Shown here one piece after another: positions 39,803-48,773 of a stretch of 64,000 nt of DNA. The translations under genes and the position numbers were made by a program. How positions within the stretch are numbered: the first letter of the stretch is position 1; every line of letters starts with the position of its first letter. A model generated the notes under the pieces. That model made no database searches. It was not told where the DNA came from and worked only from the letters and a program-made list of their open reading frames with translations. The stretch is from Dehalococcoidia bacterium (GTDB taxonomy: Bacteria; Chloroflexota; Dehalococcoidia; Plut-88900), in the NCBI GenBank assembly GCA_965207225.1, contig CBDBLV010000005.1, positions 1,856,001-1,920,000 on the forward strand, written 5' to 3'.

Positions 39803-40278
39803 CATAAACGGTCTGTTTGTTTTGAGTCGGGCAACCTCCGACTGCTCGGATTGGCCGGCAAGGTGTATGCCGGGGAAGTCCAAGAAGGGCGCTATGGCCC
39901 GATGGAGCAACATTACACCGTGCTCCTTAGCGTCGCCTGACGGGGCGAAACCGTTGCGCCCAGAGAGTGGGGCGCGCACTTGGCAGCTCATAGAGAGGGC
40001 ATGCCGTGATTTGTCCGGGAACCTTCCTTGCAGGGGGCGGGACAGTGATTGATCGCTGCGAAGGCCGAGGCGTTGGGCCTTTGGGCAGCGCTTGTAGTGG
40101 GTGTTGGGGTGCAGGACGGTAAAGGGAAAGGGAGTGGGGCTGAGGCGCGTGCCGGGGGCCGGGCGGCGGAATGCTGTTCGGCTGAGACGGGGCCTATGTA
40201 GGCCGGTGCGGCTCATGGGACTCCTTTGGTCCTGCATTGTGATGGGCGCCGAGGTGTGAGGTCGGCGGCCTGGAGTGT

Positions 40279-40307
40279 AGTATAGCACGGAGGTTCAGGT
40301 AGGGCAA
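40279..40307 (-). promoter_or_regulatory. sigma70 promoter firing into the structured locus
   Basis: Minus strand TTGCCC-17 nt-TATACT with extended -10 TG. Confidence 0.7.
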
Positions 40308-40344
40308 ATGTCCAATTTCAGGGGGATGCCCTTCGGCCCCACAG

Positions 40345-40471
40345 GGGAACCCTCACCCCCTTGATCCCCCTCTCCCTTAGGGCCTTTAAGGGAGAGGGGG
40401 AGAGAAGAACAGAGGGCTACGTGGGTGCTGCGCACCCACGTAGCCCTCTAGTTCAGTACTGGGAGAGGAAG
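40345..40471. repeat. Double-hairpin repeat, copy 2
   Basis: Same 15-bp first stem as copy 1; 18-bp second stem 40411-40449 with different inner sequence. Confidence 0.85.
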
Positions 40472-40499
40472 GGGGAAGGAGGTAAAGGGTATGAGTGGG

Positions 40500-40880
40500 C
40501 AAATCCTAGATCCCTCGAGGGGCATCGGAATGGGATGGGAGAAGGGGGGTGGCCGTAGACTGAGGTGGAATATTGGCGGGGCGAGGGCCACGCTCCGCTC
40601 ATACTTCGAGTGGCCTCAGCATGAGTGGCCCTGCCCCAAGGCGACCCGCCGGTCGCCCCTACGGGAACCCAACCCCACTCCGCGGGATGGATTCCCGATC
40701 GCAGTTGGGAATGATGGTGTAGAAGGGGATGGATTCACGCAAGGGACATACGCCCATGTGCATCTTCGACATCTTCGGCCCGATCGGGGTCGGGGATGAC
40801 GGGATAGGGTGGGTGGATATGAAGTGGGCGTGTGGTCGGTCTACGCCTCAGATTCCTCGCGGGGCATCGGAATGGGATAG
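40500..40880. repeat. Cluster of mixed REP-like palindromes
   Basis: AGAT(T/C)CCTCG..GGGGCATCGGAATG (also near 39160), CTCATACTTCGAG..CCTCAGCA.GAG (also near 48677), GGATTCCCGATC..GGGAATG (also near 42558). Confidence 0.7.
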
Positions 40881-41021
40881 GGGGAGGTGGGGGAGGGATG
40901 AGGGATAAGCAAGGGGGAATTGTTGGGATTGACAGGGGTGTCGGGGTTGTAGGAAAGTAGCTTGCCGACCCGGGTTGCGAGATCCGGGCATCGAAACCCA
41001 TTCCCAGGAGCAATTCAGCCG

Positions 41022-41723
41022 ATGATTCCCACCCCCAACACCGTGCTAGTAGTTACCCCTCACCCAGACGATTTTGAGTTCGGGTGCGCAGGGATAGTGA
41101 CCAAATGGATAAAGGAAGGAAGTCGGGCGATCCTGGTGGTGGCAACGAATGGAGACAAGGGCACGGATGACCCGGAGATGACGTCGGAGAAGCTGGCGGC
41201 GATACGGCGGGAAGAGCAGCTGGATGCGGCCCGGGTGCTGGGGCTAAGCGAGGTGGTGTTCCTGGACTATCCGGACGGAGGGCTGGAGGACAGTACGGAG
41301 TTTCGGGGGAAGCTGGTGAGGAACCTTCGGCTATACAAGCCGGAGGCAGTTTTCACTACCTATCCGCACCGGAGGAGTTTCTACCTGCACCGGGACCACC
41401 GGATGGCGGGCCAAGTAACCCTGGATGCGGCATTCCCCTACGCGAGAGACAGGCTCCACTTCCCGGAGCACTATGAAGAGGGGCTCGAGCCGCACAAGGT
41501 GAAGCACATCCTGTTCTGGGGAAGTGAGGACCCCGACACGCATTTCGACATTTCCGAGACTATAGATCTGAAGATAACGGCGCTGAAGTGCCACAAGAGC
41601 CAGGTGGCCGATACGGAAGACTGGAACGTGGCAGAGAGCGTGAAGAACCACGCCCAGAACCTGGGTCGGGACAAGGGGATCCAATATGCCGAGGCGTTCA
41701 AGGTGATGAACCTGCGGGGCTAG
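41022..41723 (+). CDS. PIG-L/LmbE-family deacetylase (MshB/BshB/Mca superfamily)
   Basis: PHPDDFE, TNGDKG, RREEQ, DYPDG, HRDH, CHKSQ, AEAF. Confidence 0.88.
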   Translation: MIPTPNTVLVVTPHPDDFEFGCAGIVTKWIKEGSRAILVVATNGDKGTDDPEMTSEKLAAIRREEQLDAARVLGLSEVVFLDYPDGGLEDSTEFRGKLVRNLRLYKPEAVFTTYPHRRSFYLHRDHRMAGQVTLDAAFPYARDRLHFPEHYEEGLEPHKVKHILFWGSEDPDTHFDISETIDLKITALKCHKSQVADTEDWNVAESVKNHAQNLGRDKGIQYAEAFKVMNLRG

Positions 41724-41731
41724 GGCGCCGA

Positions 41732-42460
41732 TTGTTCGATCTGCACAGCCATATTCTGCCGGGTCTCGATGATGGGGCCAAGACCCTGGAGGAGTCCATG
41801 GCGATGCTGCGTGTGGCGGCGGCGGACGGAACCAGGGGGATGGCGGCGACGCCCCATGCGAAGGACGTGCGGGAAGCCTACGCGCTGCCAAAGGTCTCCG
41901 AGCACGTGGACACGCTGAACCGGCTGGTGAGGGACGATGGGATTGACATAAGGGTATTTATCGGGATGGAGAACCACCTTTCGGAAGACCTGGCTGAGCT
42001 AGCGGCTTCGGGGGAGGCCTTTTCCTATAACGGTGGTCTCTACATCCTGGTTGAGCTCCCGTTTGACTTGCTTCCCGACTATACAAACGAGGTGCTGGCT
42101 CGACTCCAGGGGCAGGGGCTTACGCCGGTGATAGCGCACCCGGAACGGCAGGCGGACATCATGAAGAATCCTTCAATCATGGGGGAGTTCGCCGAGCGGG
42201 GGATGCTGGGGCAGGTGACGTCGACGTGCATACTGGGGAGGTTCGGAGATGAGGAGCGGGACGTGGCTGAGACTCTATTGAGAAATGGCTGGGTGCATTT
42301 AATCAGCACGGATTGTCACAGGCCCACGGGGCCGCGGGCGCCGAAGCTGGCGGAGGCGGTGACGGAGGCTGGGAGGATTGTCGGGCAGGGGAAGGCGCGA
42401 GCCATGGCGGTGGACGTACCCGAGGCCATACTGTCGGGGAAGCCGTTAAGAGATCTTTGA
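41732..42460 (+). CDS. PHP-family tyrosine phosphatase (CpsB/CapC-like)
   Basis: DLHSHILPGLDDG, ATPH, YILVELP, IAHPER, STDCH. Confidence 0.88.
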   Translation: MFDLHSHILPGLDDGAKTLEESMAMLRVAAADGTRGMAATPHAKDVREAYALPKVSEHVDTLNRLVRDDGIDIRVFIGMENHLSEDLAELAASGEAFSYNGGLYILVELPFDLLPDYTNEVLARLQGQGLTPVIAHPERQADIMKNPSIMGEFAERGMLGQVTSTCILGRFGDEERDVAETLLRNGWVHLISTDCHRPTGPRAPKLAEAVTEAGRIVGQGKARAMAVDVPEAILSGKPLRDL

Positions 42461-42484
42461 GTAACTCTGAGTCGGGGGAAGGGG

Positions 42485-42590
42485 ACACCCCACCCATTCC
42501 GCTCTTGAGACCCTTCGACTCCGCTCAGGGCGAGCGGAATGCCCCACCCGCGAAGGATGGAGTCCCGATCGGGATCGGGAATGGCGGTTA
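42485..42590. repeat. REP-like palindromes between convergent genes
   Basis: CCCTTCGACTCCGCTCAGGG inside CATTCCGCTC..GAGCGGAATG, then GGAGTCCCGATCGGGATCGGGAATG. Confidence 0.6.
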
Positions 42591-42610
42591 TGCAAAGATC
42601 TCGCTAAGTC

Positions 42611-43744
42611 TTAGTTGAAGCCGAAGAGTCCTGCGACGTTTTCGCAGACGATTTTGCGCTGCTCATCCTGGGGGACATCTGCGAGGATCTCTGCGAGGAC
42701 TTCACGGGACTTGGGCCAGGTGGACTCGGCGTGGGGATAGTCGGAGCCCCAGGTGAGGCACTGTACGCCGATGAGGTCTCTTAGCTGGATTCCGATGTCG
42801 TCCTGCTGGAAGCTCATGGTGACGTTGCTGTGGAAGAAGTCACTGGGCATGGCGTCGCCCTGGAAGCGGTAAGGCGCCGTCTGGCTTAGTTCGGAGTAGA
42901 GCCAGTCCATTGTCCTCAGGAAGTAGGGCGCCCAGGCGAGCTCATGCTCGACGATGGCGACGTTCAGGTCCGGGTGCCTTTCGAAGACTCCCGAAAATAT
43001 CATGGAGGCTACTGACTTCCTGACCCAGTGGTCCTGGTTGACGCTGAATGCAGCGGCGCCTTCCTCGTCGCCGTTGACGGTGAATACGCTAACCTGCCCG
43101 GGGCCCGGCCTGTTGGAGGCGATGTGCATGCTGAGGACGATGCCGAGGGACTCGGCGGTGGTCCAGAAGGGTTCGTAAATGGGAAGCTCGTATTGCTTGT
43201 CGTCGCCGGGATAGGTGGTAATCATGGCGCCACGGAAGCCCATGCTGGCGCACCTCTCCAGCTCTCGGACGCCCTCTTCCACATCGTCCAAGGAGATGAG
43301 GGCGTTGCCTTTGAAGAGGCCGGGGTTGGCGGAGCAGAAATCGGCGAGCCAGTCGTTGCTGGCGCGGAAGGAGGCGGCAAGGAGGTCAGGTTGGAGGATG
43401 GTGTAGAGCCGGGCGCCGATGGTGGGGTATATGACCTCGCCGTCGACACCGTCGACTTCCAGGTCGTCCATACGGGGGGCGGGGTCAAAGGCGCCGGGTC
43501 GGACGTCTTCGAGGGCACCTTCGAAGGTGATGGCCTCGGGGTCTTCGTAGCGCTGGCCGGCCTGGGAGGGTGCGCCGACGGAGCCGAGGGGCTGGTCCCC
43601 TTCGACGAGCCAGCGGGCCATGCCATCGTCGTCGATGACCATGTGGGGGGCTCGATCCCTGTAGGCGGGATCGATGCGGGAGGTCCAGAGGTCGGGAGGT
43701 TCTACGATGTGGGAGTCGGAGGATATGACTTCCAGGTTAGGCAT
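42611..43744 (-). CDS. Amidohydrolase_2 family protein
   Basis: ISSDSHIVEPPDLW, EVIYPT, NDWLADF, SMH, GVFERHP, WGSDYPHAE. Confidence 0.88.
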   Translation of the reverse strand: MPNLEVISSDSHIVEPPDLWTSRIDPAYRDRAPHMVIDDDGMARWLVEGDQPLGSVGAPSQAGQRYEDPEAITFEGALEDVRPGAFDPAPRMDDLEVDGVDGEVIYPTIGARLYTILQPDLLAASFRASNDWLADFCSANPGLFKGNALISLDDVEEGVRELERCASMGFRGAMITTYPGDDKQYELPIYEPFWTTAESLGIVLSMHIASNRPGPGQVSVFTVNGDEEGAAAFSVNQDHWVRKSVASMIFSGVFERHPDLNVAIVEHELAWAPYFLRTMDWLYSELSQTAPYRFQGDAMPSDFFHSNVTMSFQQDDIGIQLRDLIGVQCLTWGSDYPHAESTWPKSREVLAEILADVPQDEQRKIVCENVAGLFGFN

Positions 43745-43792
43745 GGGTTTCACCCCCTTTGCAGCAAGATAACGAAAGGTCACGTAAAGTAA

Positions 43793-43872
43793 ATGGTAGG
43801 AAAGTGTTAAAGCGAATGTCAATGACTACGCGAGGGCAATCGTTGACACGCCGTTTCGAGCAAACCTATGAT
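43793..43872. promoter_or_regulatory. Back-to-back divergent sigma70 promoters
   Basis: Plus TTGACA(43843)-18-TATGAT; minus TTGACA(43822)-18-TACCAT. Confidence 0.6.
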
Positions 43873-43907
43873 TTCGGTCAGTCCAAGATGACCCCGGAGG
43901 CAAAACG

Positions 43908-44963
43908 ATGTCACCTTCAGAGAACGCAGGGAGAGTCCAGTCGGTACTGGGCGACATATCGCCGGATGAACTGGGCGTAACGCTCACGCATGAGCACATA
44001 TTCATTCACTTCAAGCCGCTTTACCAGGAGCCGGGGGAGGGGAGCCGGAAGGGTGTGGCAATGAACCCGGTAACTATCGACGACCTGGGATGGATCCGGG
44101 GCAACTGGGCGATGAACTATGCAAACCTCGGGCTGTATGACGAGGAGCTTATGATCAAGGAGGTGACCCGATTCTACCGGGCGGGGGGTCAGAGCCTCGT
44201 GGACGCGACGAATCGGGGAATCGGGAGGGACCCGCTGGCGCTGGCGCGGGTGTCCCGGGCGACGGGGCTGAACATAGTCATGGGGTCGGGGTACTACATA
44301 GAGCCGTTCCAGCCGGAGGGATGGACCGACATCGATGAGGAGCAGATGTTTGAGGAGATAGTGGAGGACGTAACGGAGGGTGTGGGGGACACGGGGGTGA
44401 AGTCGGGGATCATTGGGGAAATTGGGTGTTCATGGCCGTGGACGGAGACGGAAAAGAGGTCGGTGAGGGCCGGGGCACGGGCGCAGGTGAAGACGGGCGC
44501 GCCGTTGCTGATACATCCCGGGCGTCATCCGTCGGCGCCGATGGAGATTGTGCGGGGCATAGATGCGGCGGGTGGGGATGTGTCAAGGACGATCATGAGC
44601 CACGTTTGCCGGACGATATCCGACTACCCGACCTTGAAGGAGCTGGCAGACACGGGGTGTTACATCGAATACGACCTGTTCGGGGCTGAGCAGGCCTTCT
44701 ATCCGCTGGCGCCTTCATTCACTATGCCGAACGACGGGACTCGGGTGGACAACATCATCCGACTTATAGAGGATGGACACCTGAACCAGGTAGTCGTGGC
44801 GCACGATACGGCGTGGAAGACGAGGCTGCACAGCTACGGGGGGCACGGTTACGCGCACCTGCTGGAAAACGTGGTGCCGATTATGCGGGGCAAGGGGATG
44901 AGTCGGGGGCAGATAGACGCGATATTCGTGGAGAACCCGAAGCGTGTGCTGCAGTTCGTCTAG
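43908..44963 (+). CDS. Phosphotriesterase-related protein
   Basis: LGVTLTHEHI, VDAT..GIGRDP, GIIGEIG, IHPG, SH, IEYDLFG, HD, YGGHGY. Confidence 0.9.
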   Translation: MSPSENAGRVQSVLGDISPDELGVTLTHEHIFIHFKPLYQEPGEGSRKGVAMNPVTIDDLGWIRGNWAMNYANLGLYDEELMIKEVTRFYRAGGQSLVDATNRGIGRDPLALARVSRATGLNIVMGSGYYIEPFQPEGWTDIDEEQMFEEIVEDVTEGVGDTGVKSGIIGEIGCSWPWTETEKRSVRAGARAQVKTGAPLLIHPGRHPSAPMEIVRGIDAAGGDVSRTIMSHVCRTISDYPTLKELADTGCYIEYDLFGAEQAFYPLAPSFTMPNDGTRVDNIIRLIEDGHLNQVVVAHDTAWKTRLHSYGGHGYAHLLENVVPIMRGKGMSRGQIDAIFVENPKRVLQFV

Positions 44964-47383
44964 GGACTAGAGGGATCTCCGCAGACGACTATTTTGCGGG
45001 CGGTGAAGTCCTCGATTTGCTCCGAGGTGTAGCCTAGCTCGGTGAGGACGCTGGCCGTCTGCTCTCCGACTACTGTGATGGGGCCCAGGTTGGTGTCTGG
45101 GGTCTCGGAGAAGTTAATCATGGGGCCGTAGCGCTGGTATTTGCCGAGGACGGGATGCTCCTGATCGACTATCAAGCCGGCTTCCTTCATACGGGGATCT
45201 GTGTTGACGAATTCGCTGAAGTCGTCGGGGTAGACGGTAACGCAGGCGACGCCCTTGGGAACCAGGAGGTCCTGCCATTCGGAGGCGGGTCGAGTCTTGA
45301 ATACAGGTCCAAGGGCAGCTATGAGGGCTTCGTCGTTTTCGAGGCGGGAGTGGGGGGTGGAGAATCGGGGGTCTTCAAGCAAGTCTTCTCGGGTGAGGGA
45401 GAGGCAGAGGGTTGCCCATTCCTCCTGGGTATCGCAGGCGAGGAAGATCCAGCCATCTTCGGACCGGTACATTCGGTAGAGGGCATGGATGCCGAAGAGG
45501 TCGGGGTCCGGGAGCCGGCGGGAGGGTTTGCCGGGGAACTGGACGTAGTCGTCCGAATTGACGAAGAGACCAGTGCTGACCATGGTAGGCTCGACGTATT
45601 GCCCCTTGCCGGTCTTCTTCTTGACGTAGAGGGCCATGAGCAGGGAAACGGCGACGACCATGGAGGCGCTGACATCAGGGTTGGCTTCGTTGGAGACTGA
45701 GAGGGACTTGGCTATTCGGCGGGTCTCCTGGTAGGAGAGGTCGGAGTCGGGGGGAGGGGGGGTACCGAGCCCCGCCTGGTAGAGGGCACCACCCGCCACG
45801 GCCCCGGGAATGGGGTGCATGACCGAGCGGTGGGAGTAGGGTCCTTTAGAGCCGTAGCCCGCTCCGTACAGGTAGACAAGGCCGGGGTTGATCTTGCTGA
45901 GGGTGTGGTAATCGATGCCGAGGCGATCGGGGACGCCGGGGCGGTAGTTGTGGACGACGGCATCGGCGCGTTCGATGAGGCGGTAAATGATGTTGCGGCC
46001 CTCTTCGGTTTTCAGGTCAACGGCGACGGACTCCTTGCTTTGATGGGTTCTCAGCCCCATCAATCCGAATCCGCGCCAGGGTTCGCCGCCGAGGGGTTCG
46101 ACCTTGATAACGCGCAAGCCCAGGTCGGCGAGGATGGAGGGGCCGAGAGGGGTGGCAATCCAGGAAGCGAAATCGATGATGGTGAGACCTTCCAGGGGTT
46201 TTCGGGGGTGAGTTCCGTTAGGTGTAATGGAAGCAGATCGGTGGCCGTTACGGGAGAGGTCGAGAATCTCGTTGGTGTGCTGGCCGGGGGTGGGGGCGGG
46301 GCGGGTGATGGAGACCGGGGTTTGGGTGAAGGTCGCAATGCGACTTGGCTGTTTGATGAGGCGTCCATCGGGGGTTTCAACGGTCATGGTATGGGCGTTG
46401 GCAATAACCTGAACATGGCCGAAGGCTTCATGTGTTTGTCGGAAAGGCTCGGATGCGGCATCTACATCGGTCATGAATGTGTGGGTCCATTCGTCCAGCG
46501 TGCGTTCCTCCATCCGTTTGAACATACGCTGGTATAGCTCCTCTTCAACCTCCCTTGAGTCGGTATTGGGGAAATGGGAGAAGCGAGAGTCGGCGAGGTA
46601 GTCGCCCAGTCCTATACCGATAACCCAGTTGTAGAAGAGGTGCTCCATGGCGTTGGCCATCTGGAGCCAATGGCCATCACCGGTGGGACAGACGAAATAC
46701 TGGGGAGTGGGTTCGGTATCGGTATAGCCGAGCTGTGGGTTGAGGCCTCTGTGTTCCAGCTGCCACATAAGCCAGTACCAGTCATAGGCGATGAGGGACT
46801 GGAGCAGGCTAGTCTCGACTTTCTGGCCCCGACCCGTTTGCTCCCGGACCAGGAGACCGGAGAGGATACCCTGGAGGGCGAGCATGCCAGCGCCGAAGCT
46901 GGCGACGGGAAGGGCCCCGAACTTTGGCCCCTCGCGGTCAAGCTGCTTGCGGAAAACGTAAAAGCGGCCGGTGTGGGCGGCTACTACGGCATCATAGCCC
47001 TTGACGCCTTCGAGGCCCTTTAGCGGGCCGAAACCGGAGACGGCGCAGTAGACGAGACCGGGACTGACTTCTTTTAGAGTTTCATAGTCCGCGCCGAGGC
47101 GCTTGTCGGCGCCGGGCATGAGGGTGTGGAGGAGCACATCGCTCCTGGCGGCGAGACGTTTGAGGGTGTCCCTGCCGTCGGGGGTTTTGAGGTCGAGGAA
47201 GGCGCTCTTCTTGCCGCGGTGCCAGAGTGGGGATGCGTAGTGCTGCCAGGTGGGGTCGCCGCCGGGGGCCTCTATTTTGATGACTTCGGCACCGGCGTCG
47301 GCGAGGAGTAGGGTGGCAAGGGCGCCGGTCCAGGTGCGGCTGAGGTCGAGGACTCGGAGGCCGGAGCAGATTTCGGAAGTCAT
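44960..47383 (-). CDS. Fused double CaiB/BaiF class III CoA-transferase
   Basis: Two family-III halves (GLRVLDLS..LADAGAEVIKIE; LEGLTIIDFA..LADLGLRVIKVE), 807 aa. Confidence 0.88.
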   Translation of the reverse strand: MTSEICSGLRVLDLSRTWTGALATLLLADAGAEVIKIEAPGGDPTWQHYASPLWHRGKKSAFLDLKTPDGRDTLKRLAARSDVLLHTLMPGADKRLGADYETLKEVSPGLVYCAVSGFGPLKGLEGVKGYDAVVAAHTGRFYVFRKQLDREGPKFGALPVASFGAGMLALQGILSGLLVREQTGRGQKVETSLLQSLIAYDWYWLMWQLEHRGLNPQLGYTDTEPTPQYFVCPTGDGHWLQMANAMEHLFYNWVIGIGLGDYLADSRFSHFPNTDSREVEEELYQRMFKRMEERTLDEWTHTFMTDVDAASEPFRQTHEAFGHVQVIANAHTMTVETPDGRLIKQPSRIATFTQTPVSITRPAPTPGQHTNEILDLSRNGHRSASITPNGTHPRKPLEGLTIIDFASWIATPLGPSILADLGLRVIKVEPLGGEPWRGFGLMGLRTHQSKESVAVDLKTEEGRNIIYRLIERADAVVHNYRPGVPDRLGIDYHTLSKINPGLVYLYGAGYGSKGPYSHRSVMHPIPGAVAGGALYQAGLGTPPPPDSDLSYQETRRIAKSLSVSNEANPDVSASMVVAVSLLMALYVKKKTGKGQYVEPTMVSTGLFVNSDDYVQFPGKPSRRLPDPDLFGIHALYRMYRSEDGWIFLACDTQEEWATLCLSLTREDLLEDPRFSTPHSRLENDEALIAALGPVFKTRPASEWQDLLVPKGVACVTVYPDDFSEFVNTDPRMKEAGLIVDQEHPVLGKYQRYGPMINFSETPDTNLGPITVVGEQTASVLTELGYTSEQIEDFTARKIVVCGDPSSP

Positions 47384-47414
47384 GGGTGGATGACTCTATC
47401 GAAAGCCGGTAGCG

Positions 47415-48548
47415 CTAGTTAAATCCGTATAGCCGGGCGGCGTTGGAATAGCCGATTTTCTCTTTTTCTTCGTCGGTGCAGTCGGAGAGGATGTCGTTGA
47501 GGACCTGTCGTGAGCGGGGCCAAGTGGACTCCCGGTGGGGATAGTCGGAGCCGAACATGATGTTGTCCACGCCAATCACGTCCCGCAGGGCGATGCCAAG
47601 GCCGTCTTCCTGGAAGGAAACGAACATGTTGTCGTGGAAGACGTCGCTGGGGAGCCGGCCATTCTTGAAGGTGATCTCGGTGACGTAGCGGTGCTTTTCG
47701 TAAGCCATGTCCATCATCATGATGAAGTAAGGGGCCCAGGAGAGCTCGTACTCGACGACGCCGACCTTCAGCCTTGGGTGGCGTTCGAAGACGCCTCCGA
47801 ACATCATCTGGGCGATGGACCTGCGGGGCCAGTAGTCCTGGGTGGCCCGGAAGGCGGCGGTGCCGGCGACTGAGGCGTTGTTGGCGAAGGAGCCGATGCG
47901 CGCAGGCCCCGGGCGTGCGGAGCCGGAGTGGATGCCCACTGGGAGGCCGGCGTCTTCAAAGGCGGCCCAGATGGGGTCGAATTCGGGTTGATCGTAGTGT
48001 TCGTCCTCGGACTGGTAGGCGGGTATAACGAAACCGGAGAGGCCAAGTTTGGCGCAGCGCTGGACCTCCTCGACTGCTTCGGGGATGTTGTCAAAGCTGA
48101 TGACGGCTGTGCCCTTGAGCTTGTCGGGGTGGGCGGCGCCGAAGTCGGCGGACCAGTCGTTGAGGGCCCGGAAGCAGGCAGAGAGGAGGTCTCCACGGAC
48201 ATCAACGGTGAAGAGACGGGTACCGATGGTGGAGTAAACGACCTCACCGACAACGCCATCGACTTCCATGGCCTTGAGGCGTTCGTCGGGGTCGTAAGCA
48301 GCGAGGGGGGACTCTTCGTAGGAGCCTTCGATGGAGAGATTGTCGAGGTCGGTGTAGCGGCGTCCGGCCTGGGTAGGGCCTCCGACGGAGCCGATGAGGA
48401 TATCGTCGCCGACAACCCAGTTATCCACGTTGCCGTTCTTGACGACGCGAGGGGCCTTGTCCCGGAAGCGGGGGTGGGTGCGGGTCTGCCAGAGGTCGGG
48501 GGGTTCTACGACGTGGGAGTCGGCGGAGATGAGCTGTTCAAGGGCCAC
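47415..48548 (-). CDS. Amidohydrolase_2 family protein
   Basis: ISADSHVVEPPDLW, GIH, GGVFERHP, FGSDYPHRE; paralogous to 42611-43744. Confidence 0.88.
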   Translation of the reverse strand: MALEQLISADSHVVEPPDLWQTRTHPRFRDKAPRVVKNGNVDNWVVGDDILIGSVGGPTQAGRRYTDLDNLSIEGSYEESPLAAYDPDERLKAMEVDGVVGEVVYSTIGTRLFTVDVRGDLLSACFRALNDWSADFGAAHPDKLKGTAVISFDNIPEAVEEVQRCAKLGLSGFVIPAYQSEDEHYDQPEFDPIWAAFEDAGLPVGIHSGSARPGPARIGSFANNASVAGTAAFRATQDYWPRRSIAQMMFGGVFERHPRLKVGVVEYELSWAPYFIMMMDMAYEKHRYVTEITFKNGRLPSDVFHDNMFVSFQEDGLGIALRDVIGVDNIMFGSDYPHRESTWPRSRQVLNDILSDCTDEEKEKIGYSNAARLYGFN

Positions 48549-48773
48549 GGGCGGACCTTCCTCTCTAAGCAGGTGCCGAGGGCGTCGATTAGGCGGATAT
48601 TACCATACTGGGACAGTAGCGTAACTGTAGAGCCATGTCTTTCGGTCACACGTCTCAGTCCTGCGCCACCCCCCGCTCATACTTCGAGGGCCTCAGCACG
48701 AGCGGCCCCACCACCCGATGGGCAAATTGTGCCAAAGTCTCATAACTGGTGACCGCGATTCCAAATCGGGAGA

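Noticed and set aside
39930-39955. Hammerhead core or group II intron
   Set aside because: CTGACGG does not match CUGAnGA; no domain V consensus or reverse transcriptase ORF seen.
38621-40288. 555-aa minus-strand ORF as a genuine protein
   Set aside because: Pro/Ser/Arg-rich, crosses REP hairpins, no domain motifs, neutral substitution pattern in its internal duplication; the C-rich strand is poor in stop codons. Only the SD-ATG at 40216 keeps it marginally possible.
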